From NCBI GenBank assembly GCA_963666315.2, contig CAXXHG010000043.1, forward strand, positions 32,001-96,000: a stretch of 64,000 nucleotides of DNA, written 5' to 3'. The DNA comes from Candidatus Binatia bacterium (GTDB lineage Bacteria; Desulfobacterota; Binatia; Bin18). A program made the position numbers and the translations under genes. This document shows positions 1 to 9,646 of this stretch, piece by piece. The notes below the pieces were generated by a model, which was not told where the DNA came from, made no database searches, and saw only the letters and a program-made list of their open reading frames with translations. The stretch's first letter is position 1, and every line of letters begins with the position of its first letter.

Positions 1-128
1 TGCCGAACACGGCGGCGCAGCGCGGCCTGCTCATTGGCGTGAGCTTGGGTGGCATCGCGATATCTGTCAAAATTATTTTCGGCATTGAGCGCGCGTATCT
101 CGGCGGGAGGCAAGATGACAGCGCGTGA
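1..128 (+). CDS. 3' end of an uncharacterised integral membrane protein (first gene of a three-gene membrane module; partial)
   Basis: Frame from nt 3 reads PNTAAQRGLLIGVSLGGIAISVKIIFGIERAYLGGRQDDSA*, a hydrophobic helix with TGA at 126-128 overlapping the next ATG at 115. Not in the ORF track because it runs off the window edge. Confidence 0.7.
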   Translation, partial: PNTAAQRGLLIGVSLGGIAISVKIIFGIERAYLGGRQDDSA

Positions 129-966
129 GTTTGCCTCCCGCATGCTGAAACTAGATCGACGCATCATCTTTATGCTGATGGGCGTGGTCACATTGATCCC
201 TTTGCTCTACCCACTCGGCCTTCCGGTGCGCGTCTCGCCCGAGGCGTATCAGGTCTACGAGACGCTTGAAAAACTACCCGAGCGCTCTGTGCTGCTCCTG
301 TCCCTGGATTTTGATCCTGCCTCAAAGCCGGAACTCTACCCCATGACCGTTTCCCTGCTACGACATGCTTTTCAACGGAATCTTCGCGTTGTCACGATGA
401 CCCTGTGGCCGGCAGGCACCAGCATGGCGGAATCCGTAGTCAGCCGACTCGCCCAAGAAGCCGGGAAAGAAGACGGCACAGACTACGTCTTCCTCGGCTA
501 TGGTCCGGGCGAGGCCAATGCCATTATCGGTATGGGGCAGAGCCTGTCGGCAGCGTTTCCCACGGATTATGCGGGAAGAGCGACCGCGGAGCTGCCGGTC
601 CTCGAAGGCGTCAGGAGTTTACGCGATATCGATTATGCGATCAGTCTGAGCGCCGGCTTCCCCGGTCTCGAAACCTGGTATGTGTACGGCAAGGAAAAAT
701 ACGGGTTTGAACTGGGCGGCGGATGTACCGCAGTCAGCGCTCCCAAATTCTACCCTTTACTTCAGACCGGGCAAATTAACGGCCTCCTGGCCGGCTTGCG
801 AGGAGCTGCAGAATACGAGACCTTGCTCCATCAGGCGGGGAAAGCCACCGCCGGCATGGACGCTCAGTCGGCCATGCATTTTCTCATTATTGGCCTGATC
901 GTGGTCTGCAATGTCTTTTATGTACTGAGCGGGCAGCACCGAGGGCGGCCACAAATAAATCCATGA
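115..966 (+). CDS. Uncharacterised membrane-anchored protein with a large soluble alpha/beta domain
   Basis: ATG 115 after GGGAGG. N-terminal TM (IIFMLMGVVTLIPLLYPLGL), soluble domain, GLLAGLRGAAEYE and MDAQSAMH motifs, C-terminal TM. Confidence 0.75.
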   Translation: MTAREFASRMLKLDRRIIFMLMGVVTLIPLLYPLGLPVRVSPEAYQVYETLEKLPERSVLLLSLDFDPASKPELYPMTVSLLRHAFQRNLRVVTMTLWPAGTSMAESVVSRLAQEAGKEDGTDYVFLGYGPGEANAIIGMGQSLSAAFPTDYAGRATAELPVLEGVRSLRDIDYAISLSAGFPGLETWYVYGKEKYGFELGGGCTAVSAPKFYPLLQTGQINGLLAGLRGAAEYETLLHQAGKATAGMDAQSAMHFLIIGLIVVCNVFYVLSGQHRGRPQINP

Positions 967-1676
967 ATCTGGAAACTGTACTCGGTGCGTGGGTTGCCAC
1001 AGGCCTGAGCCTGTTCATCTATTCGTTTCTGTATAAAGATAATCCGTTCTTCAAGCTGGGTGAGCATATTTTTGTCGGAGCCTCGGTCGGCTATCTGCTG
1101 GTCATCACCTACCACGAGGTCATGCTCAAAAAACTCTATCTGCCCCTGATCGAGCAGCACGAGTGGCGGCTGGCGATTCCGCTTGTTCTCGGTCTTCTCC
1201 TGCTGGCCCGGCTCCTGCCGCGGCTGGCCTGGACTAGTCGCATTACGTTTGCCTTTATTTTGGGTGTGAGTTCCGGCGTCGCAATTCCACGCCAGCTATC
1301 ATCGTTCATTCTGCAGCAGATCCAAGGCACCCTAAAGCCGCTGGTGACAATTAGTCCCGCAGGAACAATCAATTTCGGCCTAGCGGAACTCAACACCGTC
1401 CTCATTCTTATCGGTGTGGTGAGTGTCCTGGTCTATTTCTTCTTCTCGATTGAGCACACCGGCAACGTACGCCGCTGTGCACGGGTCGGCATTTATTTTC
1501 TCATGATTTCGTTTGGAGCAGCGTTTGGCTATACGGTCATGGCCCGCATGTCGCTCCTCATCGGTCGTTTTGATGAGCTGGTGTTGTATGCGACGCCGGA
1601 GTATGGCTATGCGACGGTCGTGTTGCTCGTCGCGATCGTTGTGGGATTAATATGGTGGGAGAGACAGACGGTTTAG
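963..1676 (+). CDS. Uncharacterised polytopic membrane protein
   Basis: ATGA overlap with the previous gene. About 7 hydrophobic segments; motifs SFLYKDNPFFKLGEHIFVG and FGAAFGYTVMARMSLL. Confidence 0.8.
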   Translation: MNLETVLGAWVATGLSLFIYSFLYKDNPFFKLGEHIFVGASVGYLLVITYHEVMLKKLYLPLIEQHEWRLAIPLVLGLLLLARLLPRLAWTSRITFAFILGVSSGVAIPRQLSSFILQQIQGTLKPLVTISPAGTINFGLAELNTVLILIGVVSVLVYFFFSIEHTGNVRRCARVGIYFLMISFGAAFGYTVMARMSLLIGRFDELVLYATPEYGYATVVLLVAIVVGLIWWERQTV

Positions 1677-1700
1677 AATGGACCGAAGAAGCCAAGTGAT

Positions 1701-1721
1701 GGGGCGCTTTTAAGACGCCCC
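1701..1721. terminator. GC hairpin between convergent genes, possible terminator
   Basis: GGGGCG-N9-CGCCCC between the membrane module and the rplS stop; no clear U tract. Confidence 0.3.
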
Positions 1722-1770
1722 ACGGCAGAGTCAAATTCCAGCTAGTAAGGAGGGGTGCAGCTCTCTCAAG

Positions 1771-2208
1771 CTATTCTGTGGCTTCCTCAGGCTTTTCAGC
1801 CGCCTTAGCCTTCTCGGCTAGGGCGATGACCTGTCCAGTCGCACCAACCGCCGGAATTTGGAGCCGGGTGCCTTTGATTCTAGCCGCTTTCCCAGACAGC
1901 TCGCGTAAATAGTACAGCTTAGCGCGGCGGACTTTTCCGCGGGCGAGGATTTCGATCTTCTCGATACGAGGAGAGTGGACGGGGAAAATCCGCTCAACCC
2001 CGACCCCATACGAGATCTTCCGCACGGTGAAAGTCGCCCGGTTGCCTTTGCCGTTCGAACGGCTGATAACCGCTCCCTCAAAGACCTGCACCCGTTCCTT
2101 CTCACCCTCAATAATCTTGGCATAGACGCGGACAGTATCGCCGGCTCTAAAATCAGGGATATCTGTTTTCTGATGTTTTGCTTCAATTGCAGCAATCAGG
2201 TTGCTCAT
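1771..2208 (-). CDS. rplS: 50S ribosomal protein L19
   Basis: FRAGDTVRV...[11 protein letters not shown]...GVGVERIFP...[12 protein letters not shown]; Ala/Glu-rich C-terminal tail. Confidence 0.98.
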   Translation of the reverse strand: MSNLIAAIEAKHQKTDIPDFRAGDTVRVYAKIIEGEKERVQVFEGAVISRSNGKGNRATFTVRKISYGVGVERIFPVHSPRIEKIEILARGKVRRAKLYYLRELSGKAARIKGTRLQIPAVGATGQVIALAEKAKAAEKPEEATE

Positions 2209-2389
2209 GATGGCGCCCTCCTGTGCGATCTCTCTGTACTTTTTGCAATCAGCAGAACCAAGGTAAAACGTACAAGGCTCTCCCTCATTTCGGACAGATG
2301 AGGTGCAGTGTTGTTATTGCCGTGTATTTGCTGAGCGGACGGCCGAAAGCTGACTACTTCTCCTGTATTACCGTGCCCCTAGCAGGCGG

Positions 2390-2977
2390 TCAAGCAGGAG
2401 TCTCAAGAGACGGTCGAGCAGGAGCCCCAAGCAGACGGTCGAGCAGAATAGCGGCAGCAGCACGAACGGAAAGATGGTTATATGCTCCACACCCTTGGAT
2501 AGGCTCAAGTATTGCCTCTGCCTGCGCGAACACCTCCTCGGTCAGCCCCCAACCTGTCCCGAAAAGCAAGAGCACAGGGCGACCGTTTTGCCCAATGCGA
2601 GTGCGTACTGCCGAAAAAGTGACACGATTTTCTCCACCTCGAGCGGACGTCGCAATCACGCGCGGTTGTTGATGTGTCTCCTGCAGTATGGATTCAAGGA
2701 CTCCGTCCAGGGTCTCGGCCAGAACCACAATCGCCAGCGCGTCTTTGCGGGTCTCATTATACACACTACCATGTCCGTATTGCCAATGATGGAGAATCTT
2801 TTCGGCTAAGGCATGCAGGGTTCGCACAGGGTTCACAACGAAATAGCGTTTGACTCCATACGTGAGCGCAGATCGCGCAATATCATGGATGTCCATATTG
2901 GTAATCGAGGTGGTCACGACTTTGTGCTGTTTGTCGTACACCGGATGATGAATAAGCGCGATATAGACGTCGGCCAT
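2390..2977 (-). CDS. SPOUT-class RNA methyltransferase (stand-alone form of the domain often fused to TrmD)
   Basis: IALIHHPV...TTSITNMDIHDIAR...LLFGTGWGL...YNHLSVRAAAAILLDRL; lies directly after trmD. Confidence 0.85.
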   Translation of the reverse strand: MADVYIALIHHPVYDKQHKVVTTSITNMDIHDIARSALTYGVKRYFVVNPVRTLHALAEKILHHWQYGHGSVYNETRKDALAIVVLAETLDGVLESILQETHQQPRVIATSARGGENRVTFSAVRTRIGQNGRPVLLLFGTGWGLTEEVFAQAEAILEPIQGCGAYNHLSVRAAAAILLDRLLGAPARPSLETPA

Positions 2978-3041
2978 AACGATTGGTGATAAAGAAACGG
3001 CAATGCAGACTGAGTTATGAATTCAGAGCAGGCATATGCGC

Positions 3042-3770
3042 TCAGTCGTCCCCTCTGAGTTGATCCAACCAGCGTTTGTCTTCCGGGCCAAGGGGGGCTT
3101 TGGCCAACAAGTCAGGCCGACGTTTTCGGGTGCGCAGTAACGCCTGTTTGCGTCGCCAATCTGCAATCTCACCGTGATGCCCCGATAAGAGCACGTGCGG
3201 AACCCGCATACCACGGAATTCTTCTGGTCGCGTATACTGCGGATACTCAAGCAGGCCGGCACTAAAAGATTCGTCTTGGGTTGACTTGCTGCTGCTCACG
3301 ACCCCAGGCACGAGCCGGGCAACTGCCTCGATCAGCACCAATGCGGCGACCTCTCCACCACTGACAATATAGTCACCAATTGAAATCTCCTCATCGACGA
3401 AGGTCCGAATACGCTCATCAACACCCTCGTAACGTCCACATACGAGTATAAGCGCCTCATATCGCAGCAAATCGGCTACCTTGGCCTGAGAGAGGAGTAT
3501 GCCCTGAGGAGACAACAAAATCCGTCTTGCATGCGGTACAGGACGGCCTACCGCTTCGAGAGCGTTCACAACGGGTTCGGGGCTCATCAGCATGCCCCAT
3601 CCTCCACCATACGGCGTATCATCCGTCGAGCGGTGCTTTCCCGGCGCATAATCGCGCAGATTGTGGACGTGAAACGAAAGAATGTTCTTGTCCTGAGCTT
3701 TTTTCAACAAGCTGGTAGAGAGCGGCGAGGAAAACCACTTCGGAAAAATCGTAATAATATGAAAATGCAT
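3042..3770 (-). CDS. trmD: tRNA (guanine37-N1)-methyltransferase
   Basis: [45 protein letters not shown]. Start taken at MHFHIIT (3770). Confidence 0.97.
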   Translation of the reverse strand: MHFHIITIFPKWFSSPLSTSLLKKAQDKNILSFHVHNLRDYAPGKHRSTDDTPYGGGWGMLMSPEPVVNALEAVGRPVPHARRILLSPQGILLSQAKVADLLRYEALILVCGRYEGVDERIRTFVDEEISIGDYIVSGGEVAALVLIEAVARLVPGVVSSSKSTQDESFSAGLLEYPQYTRPEEFRGMRVPHVLLSGHHGEIADWRRKQALLRTRKRRPDLLAKAPLGPEDKRWLDQLRGDD

Positions 3771-3780
3771 GGGCTCGTGG

Positions 3781-4359
3781 TTATTCGAGTAACCCTTCGG
3801 GTGGGTCAATAATCACCCGGCGGTTTTCGATGTCCATAGTCTGAACGATGTCCTCGACAACAGGAATCAGATATTCCTTTTTCCCGTTGTGTACGACCCA
3901 CACATCATGCGCCCCAGTGGAGAAGACTTGGGTAATGGTCCCGACCATCTCATCAGCGGTGGTCCGGACAGGCAGGCCGATGACTTGGTAGTAGTAGAAC
4001 TCTCCCTCCTGCAGCGGCAGTAATATCTCTTTTGCTACGAGAAGGACAGAATCACGCAGGGTTTCTGCATGATCACGCGAGTCTACGCCTTTAAATCGCA
4101 GAAGCAGAAAGGAGGCGTGTGGTCTGATTTGCGCAATCTCAAACGTCTGGCCTGCCTGGTCTTCCTTTTGAAGCGTGACCGTAAGGCCATACCGCAACGT
4201 CGCACATGGAGAAGCATACGGGAGGAAGCGAACCTCTCCGCGCACGCCATGCGTGTTGACCACACGACCAAGTTCAATTAACTCAGCCGCAGCTTGCGCG
4301 TTACTTATCTTCGATGATCTCGAGGACAACTTTTCGGTTTGTCCGAGAAGCCGCCGCAT
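3781..4359 (-). CDS. rimM: 16S rRNA processing protein RimM
   Basis: [43 protein letters not shown]. Start uncertain (ATG 4359 or TTG near 4329); both overlap khpA. Confidence 0.93.
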   Translation of the reverse strand: MRRLLGQTEKLSSRSSKISNAQAAAELIELGRVVNTHGVRGEVRFLPYASPCATLRYGLTVTLQKEDQAGQTFEIAQIRPHASFLLLRFKGVDSRDHAETLRDSVLLVAKEILLPLQEGEFYYYQVIGLPVRTTADEMVGTITQVFSTGAHDVWVVHNGKKEYLIPVVEDIVQTMDIENRRVIIDPPEGLLE

Positions 4360-4537
4360 TGATCAAGGTACGGATTGACTTCGCAGTACGGCCTTGTTTG
4401 CCGATAATGCGGCCGAGATCCTCCTTCGCAACGCGAAGCTCAAGGATTGCCGCCGTCTCACCTTGAATTTCCGAGACCTCGACTTCGTCCGGGTTGTTCA
4501 CCAGGGCCTTGGCCAGGTATGCAACGAGTTCTTTCAT
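4301..4537 (-). CDS. khpA: KH-domain RNA-binding protein KhpA
   Basis: 78 aa with DLGRIIGKQGRTAKSIRT (GxxG loop); between rpsP and rimM. Confidence 0.93.
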   Translation of the reverse strand: MKELVAYLAKALVNNPDEVEVSEIQGETAAILELRVAKEDLGRIIGKQGRTAKSIRTLINAAASRTNRKVVLEIIEDK

Positions 4538-4556
4538 GGCATTCTCCCCTACAGGA

Positions 4557-4805
4557 TCAGGATTCCGGTGCTTTCCCCACTTTCTTGATCAGCTGGGCAA
4601 CTATCTCGGTCGGCCGAGCTCCATTCTGCAGCCATTTGTTAAGCTTATCTTGCTTAATCTCAACCACCGCCGGGTTCTTGGTCGGATCATATGAGCCAAT
4701 ACGCTCAAGGAACCGTCCGTCCCGCGGCGCCCGTGAGTCTGCAACCACGATACGATAGAAAGGGCGTTTTTTGGCGCCATGTCGAGCTAGTCTAATTTTT
4801 ACCAT
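4557..4805 (-). CDS. rpsP: 30S ribosomal protein S16
   Basis: [32 protein letters not shown]. Confidence 0.98.
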   Translation of the reverse strand: MVKIRLARHGAKKRPFYRIVVADSRAPRDGRFLERIGSYDPTKNPAVVEIKQDKLNKWLQNGARPTEIVAQLIKKVGKAPES

Positions 4806-4811
4806 AATCTT

Positions 4812-6170
4812 CTAGTTTCCCCAGGCCGGGAGAGAAAAAAGTTTTTTCACTTTCTTCCCCCCTCCAAACCCGGCAAGTCTCCTCATCACCTTTTTTGCTT
4901 CAAGATATTGCTTGAGAAAACGGTTCACCTCAACCACCGACGTCCCACTGCCTTTCGCAATACGCTTGCGGCGGCTGCTATTGAGCAGTTCGGGCTTGTG
5001 CCGCTCCTTTTTGGTCATCGAGCTAATGATCGCCTCAATATGCTTGAAGTCTTTCTCCGCCCCCTCCATATCTGCGCCCTTGAGCATTTTTTTAGCCCCA
5101 GGGAGTAGAGACACCAGGTCCGTAATGGAACCCATTTTCTTGAGCATACGCATCTGCTCTTGAAAGTCCTCGAGCGTAAACTGATTTTTCCTGAGTTTCT
5201 TCTCAAGGACATCCGCCTGTTGCTGACCGTAAACCTTTTCGGCCTTCTCAATCAATGACAGGACATCGCCCATGCCCAAAATACGTGAGACGATCCGGTC
5301 CGGGTGAAACGGTTCTAGCGCATCAAGCTTTTCACCCACCCCAGCAAAAAGAATGGGCCTCCCTGTTACGGAGCGAAGAGATAAAGCTCCGCCCCCCCGG
5401 GCATCACCCTCTATCTTGGTCAGAATGACGCCATCCACCTCAAGACGAGTATGGAATCCGGTCGCGACATTCACCGCTTCCTGTCCGGTCATGGCATCCG
5501 CCACAAGCAAGGTCTGGTGGGGCTGGACGGCAGCTTTCATCCGCTCCAACTCTGCCATTAAAGCGTCATCAATTTGCAGGCGGCCGGCCGTATCAATCAA
5601 TGCAACGTCGCACCCCTGCTGTCGAGCTGCAGCTATCCCTGCCTGGGCAATGGCAACAGGGTCGTCGGCAGAGCCGTCTTTTGGCGTCGGGTAGACGGGC
5701 ACTCCGATTTCTTGGGCAAGAATTTCGAGTTGATCAATCGCTGCAGGCCGAACGGTGTCCGCAGGAATGAGATAGGGAGAGCGCTGTCGTTCGATCTTGA
5801 GATACCGAGCGAGTTTACCAGCCGTCGTGGTTTTGCCTGACCCGTTCAGTCCTACTAAGAGGATCACCACGGGCGGCTGGGCAGACAAGTCCAGCTCGGT
5901 ATACTCCCCACCGAGCAGGGATATCATCTCCGCACTGACAATTTTGATGAGCTGCTGGCCCGGAGAGAGACTGGCCAGGACGTCCTGACCAAGCGCCTGC
6001 ATTCTAATCCGCTCGACAAAGTCCTTCACCACACGGAAGTTGACGTCTGCCTCCAGCAGTGCAAGGCGTACTTCTCGCAAGGCTTCATCGATATTTTTCT
6101 CAGTCAGCTTGGTGTTTCCACGCACGCGGCGCAGCACCCCATCCAGCTTTTCTCCTAGGGCTTCAAACAT
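4812..6170 (-). CDS. ffh: Signal recognition particle protein
   Basis: GLNGSGKTTT, DTAGRL, DAMTGQEA, DARGGGALS, RILGMGD and Met-rich M domain. Confidence 0.98.
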   Translation of the reverse strand: MFEALGEKLDGVLRRVRGNTKLTEKNIDEALREVRLALLEADVNFRVVKDFVERIRMQALGQDVLASLSPGQQLIKIVSAEMISLLGGEYTELDLSAQPPVVILLVGLNGSGKTTTAGKLARYLKIERQRSPYLIPADTVRPAAIDQLEILAQEIGVPVYPTPKDGSADDPVAIAQAGIAAARQQGCDVALIDTAGRLQIDDALMAELERMKAAVQPHQTLLVADAMTGQEAVNVATGFHTRLEVDGVILTKIEGDARGGGALSLRSVTGRPILFAGVGEKLDALEPFHPDRIVSRILGMGDVLSLIEKAEKVYGQQQADVLEKKLRKNQFTLEDFQEQMRMLKKMGSITDLVSLLPGAKKMLKGADMEGAEKDFKHIEAIISSMTKKERHKPELLNSSRRKRIAKGSGTSVVEVNRFLKQYLEAKKVMRRLAGFGGGKKVKKLFSLPAWGN

Positions 6171-6297
6171 GACGTTTCACGCAGTCCGATCAAGCCTCCC
6201 TCACATACAGAAACAGAGCTAGAAAGTCAATCAATTACCAGGTCCGCGCTTGCCGCGCTTGCTTGCGTGGCGTCTTGAAATCGGTTAGCTGTGGGGT

Positions 6298-6732
6298 ATG
6301 AGGGCAAAGCAGAACAAGTTTCTTGTCGGTGCATCTCTTATCGTCGTTGCGGTGGGGTATCTCATTTACACCGGCCTGCAAGAAACAAAAGTATATTATT
6401 TCACGATAGACGAATTTATTCTCAAGAGAGAAACGCTCGCACATACAGACGTACGTATTGCCGGCCGTGTTCAAGATGGCTCTATGCAGTGGGACCCCGC
6501 GGCACTGAAGCTCGATTTTGTGCTCATCCCAATCGACGAAACGACGGCACCTTTGGTGCCCGGCGTCCCGGTTCACTACCAGGGAATTGTACCCGACATG
6601 TTCGCTGAAGGTCGAGATGTCGTTGTGGAAGGGCTTTACACCCCGGAAGAAAATCTCGTTGCGTCGACTATCATGACCAGCTGTCCGTCAAAATACGAAC
6701 CCGAAATAAGCAAGCGGCTCCAAGAAAGCTAG
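6298..6732 (+). CDS. ccmE: Heme chaperone CcmE, CxxxY (Cys) variant
   Basis: N-terminal TM, YYFT, VHYQGIVPDMFAEG, and SCPSKY in place of KHDENY. Confidence 0.92.
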   Translation: MRAKQNKFLVGASLIVVAVGYLIYTGLQETKVYYFTIDEFILKRETLAHTDVRIAGRVQDGSMQWDPAALKLDFVLIPIDETTAPLVPGVPVHYQGIVPDMFAEGRDVVVEGLYTPEENLVASTIMTSCPSKYEPEISKRLQES

Positions 6733-6833
6733 TCCAAAGAAAGTGCAGCCACTGGACTCCGCCGCCCTTCCCTGCCGTCGCTGCAGGATGCAGCGAGGAT
6801 ACAGCTCGGCGCTATACATGGCATAATACATCT

Positions 6834-8831
6834 ATGACACATCTCGGTACTCTCGCCCTCTATCTCGCCGGTCTTTTGTCCGCTTACGCTATTGTGACCA
6901 GTCTGTGGGGGGTTCGAACGCGTCGAACAGCATGGACAGCAAGCGCGACACAGGCCGCCTATGCCGTGTGCGGCTGTGTGGTCGTCGCGTCAGCAGCTCT
7001 TATGCATGCCTTGGTGACGCGGGACTTTAATGTCGAATACGTCGCGAGTTATTCCAGCTCAACCCTCCCCATCCAATATACTATCGCCGCTTTTTGGGGT
7101 GGACAAAAAGGATCCTTGCTTTTTTGGACTTTCGTTCTATGCCTGTTCTCCGCCATCGTTCACTTCCAGAACCGGACAAAAAACCAAGAGTTGATGCCGT
7201 ATGTGACGGCGACGCTCATGACCATTACCCTGTTTTTCATCGGCCTGTTGTGCTTCATCACCCCGCCGTTTGAACGATTAGCCTTTATCCCCAGCGAGGG
7301 GTCTGATCTCAACCCGCTCTTACAGAATTACTGGATGACCATTCATCCGCCCGCTCTGTATCTGGGCTTTATTAGCGCATCGGTTCCCTTTGCCTTTGCC
7401 ATGGCAGCCCTCGCTACAGGGAAACTTGGTGACGTGTGGATCCGCACGACCCGACGCTGGGCCTTGACCTCGTGGTTCTTTCTCTCTCTGGGTAATCTCC
7501 TAGGAGGACGTTGGGCGTACGAAGTCCTCGGTTGGGGCGGCTACTGGGCCTGGGACCCGGTTGAAAACGCCGCCATTATGCCGTGGTTTACGTCCACGGC
7601 CTATCTGCACTCAGTCATGATTCAAGAGAAGAAAGACATGCTGAAGGTGTGGAATATGGTCTTGGTCATCCTCACCTTTGCACTCACGATTTTCGGAACG
7701 TTTCTGACGCGTAGCGGCGTGGTCTCGTCCGTCCATTCTTTTACCCAGTCCGGCTTGGGTCCGTATTTTCTGACATTCTTAGTCCTCGTCTTGGTCGTCT
7801 CTATCGGTTTACTCCTGTACCGTCTCCCCGAACTCAAGAGCGCAAACGAACTGGACTCCATGCTGTCGCGTGAGGCGGCCTTTTTGTTCAATAATCTCAT
7901 GTTAGTCGGTCTTGCGTTCGCCACGTTTTGGGGGACGATCTTTCCTATTCTTTCAGAGTGGGTGCGGGGAGTGAAAATTACAGTTGGCCCGCCGTTCTTT
8001 AATAAGGTCAACGGGCCGCTCGGCGTCATGCTGCTATTCCTCACTGGGATCGGACCGATTATTGCCTGGCGACGGACAAGTTGGACTAGCCTGAAACGAC
8101 AGTTCACCATTCCGCTGCTGACGGGTCTGACGACGGGCCTGCTGCTCTTCCTCCTTGGCTACCGTCACTATTATGCGCTGGTCATTTTCTCCCTGGTCGG
8201 ATTTGTGTTGGCGAGCATTCTCATCGAGTTTTACCGCGGTACTCGGGCCAGACAGGAGATGCTGCACGAAAGCCCGCCCCAAGCCTTCGGTCGCCTCGTG
8301 GGGAAGAATCCACGCCGCTACGGCGGGTATATCGTTCACATCGGAATCGTCTTGATCTTTTTTGGAGTGGCGGGTGCATTTTTTACAATTGAAAAACAAA
8401 TAACCGTAAGCGCTGGTGAAGCCTTCGATGTCGGGCGCTATACGCTCCACTATATGGGCATGCGCGAGCACGATGATGCCCATACCTCTTCACAGATCGC
8501 CACCATACAAGTCCTCGTCGATGGTCGGCAGATTGACACCATGCATCCAGAGAAGCGTTTTTATAAAAAACAAAACCAACCCACGACGGAAGTTGATATT
8601 CGCTCGACCTTGGTGGAAGATCTCTACCTCGTCTTTGGCGCGTACGACGCAGCCTCAGGCCTGGCAACGTTTCAGGCTTTTATTAACCCCCTCGTCTCCT
8701 GGATCTGGATCGGTGGGCTTACCTTGATCCTCGGTACATGTGTCATCATGGTCCCGAATCTGGCTGAACGACAGGCATTTGCGCTGGCCCGAGCAGCGGC
8801 AGGCATACGAGGAGAGCCGGTTGCGGATTAA
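6834..8831 (+). CDS. ccmF: Cytochrome c heme lyase CcmF
   Basis: WGGQKGSLL, LNPLLQN..MTIHPP, WGGYWAWDPVEN (WWD domain), FLTRSG..SVHSF. Confidence 0.97.
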   Translation: MTHLGTLALYLAGLLSAYAIVTSLWGVRTRRTAWTASATQAAYAVCGCVVVASAALMHALVTRDFNVEYVASYSSSTLPIQYTIAAFWGGQKGSLLFWTFVLCLFSAIVHFQNRTKNQELMPYVTATLMTITLFFIGLLCFITPPFERLAFIPSEGSDLNPLLQNYWMTIHPPALYLGFISASVPFAFAMAALATGKLGDVWIRTTRRWALTSWFFLSLGNLLGGRWAYEVLGWGGYWAWDPVENAAIMPWFTSTAYLHSVMIQEKKDMLKVWNMVLVILTFALTIFGTFLTRSGVVSSVHSFTQSGLGPYFLTFLVLVLVVSIGLLLYRLPELKSANELDSMLSREAAFLFNNLMLVGLAFATFWGTIFPILSEWVRGVKITVGPPFFNKVNGPLGVMLLFLTGIGPIIAWRRTSWTSLKRQFTIPLLTGLTTGLLLFLLGYRHYYALVIFSLVGFVLASILIEFYRGTRARQEMLHESPPQAFGRLVGKNPRRYGGYIVHIGIVLIFFGVAGAFFTIEKQITVSAGEAFDVGRYTLHYMGMREHDDAHTSSQIATIQVLVDGRQIDTMHPEKRFYKKQNQPTTEVDIRSTLVEDLYLVFGAYDAASGLATFQAFINPLVSWIWIGGLTLILGTCVIMVPNLAERQAFALARAAAGIRGEPVAD

Positions 8832-9285
8832 ACGGTTACTCTGTTTCCCCTTGGTTGTGTGTGGCTTTTCTCTCGCACTGGCCGCAGCCCCGACCAATAA
8901 GGCGGTTGAGGAATCGTTGACGTGTCAGTGTAGCTGCGGCCTGACCGTCCACAGTTGCAATCACCTGCAGTGTGGTTTTGCTGTTCCGGCAAAAGAACAG
9001 ATTGCGGAACAAATCGACCAGGGGAAGTCTCAAGACGCCATCCTGACCTCTTTTGTGTCTCGTTATGGGGAAAAAGTCTTATCCGCGCCAACGACTTCCG
9101 GGTTCAACCTGGCGGCGTGGGTCACCCCGTTTCTCGTGGTCCTCATTGGCGGGGTGGGCATAGGCCTGATCAGTCTGCGCTGGACAAAACACCGCCCGCA
9201 AGACCAACCGTCCGCTCCACCTTCTGACGAGCCGAATCCATATCGGGAACGGCTGCAAAAAGAACTGGATGATTTTGAAGGCTGA
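8821..9285 (+). CDS. ccmH: CcmH/CycL-family protein, Cys-rich variant
   Basis: TTG 8821 after GGAG; signal peptide, LTCQCSCGLTVHSCNHLQC, FVSRYGEKVLSAP, AWVTP then a TM; follows ccmF. Confidence 0.82.
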   Translation: MRIKRLLCFPLVVCGFSLALAAAPTNKAVEESLTCQCSCGLTVHSCNHLQCGFAVPAKEQIAEQIDQGKSQDAILTSFVSRYGEKVLSAPTTSGFNLAAWVTPFLVVLIGGVGIGLISLRWTKHRPQDQPSAPPSDEPNPYRERLQKELDDFEG

Positions 9286-9311
9286 ACAGACGGTGAGAAC
9301 GATTGAGGACT

Positions 9312-9635
9312 ATGACTTTCCTCCTATATGCTGTTGGTCTTCTTTTCGTTGGTATGGTTGCCGTATTCGTGGCCTTGCCTTTACTCACTGCGGGCACTTC
9401 TCTTAGGCAAGCTTCCTCACCCGAGGATCACGCGGATCAAGCGGCCCGTTGGGAGAAACAAAAAACCGATGCCTATGCGGCAATTAAAGAAGCCGAGTTT
9501 GACAAACAGATGGGCAAGCTGACCGAGGAAGATTATCAGCTGACTCAGCGGAAATATGAAACCCGCGCGGTAGAAGCACTCACGCAATTGGACCGTCTAG
9601 AACAGTCAGGGCAGGAGCAGAGTAAGAAAGGGTAG
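9312..9635 (+). CDS. CcmI N-terminal-like membrane protein
   Basis: Single TM ending in ALPL, then IKEAEFDKQMGKLTEEDY, resembling the CcmI/CycH N-terminal segment; follows ccmH. Confidence 0.6.
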   Translation: MTFLLYAVGLLFVGMVAVFVALPLLTAGTSLRQASSPEDHADQAARWEKQKTDAYAAIKEAEFDKQMGKLTEEDYQLTQRKYETRAVEALTQLDRLEQSGQEQSKKG

Positions 9636-9646
9636 AGCGAGTCTGC

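Noticed and set aside
2209-2389. 180-nt gap before rplS as a possible ribosomal-protein leader
   Set aside because: Only weak hairpins visible and no motif I can recognise.
4301-4359. rimM overlapping khpA by 29-59 nt
   Set aside because: Start-codon uncertainty in a compact conserved operon; no evidence of recoding.
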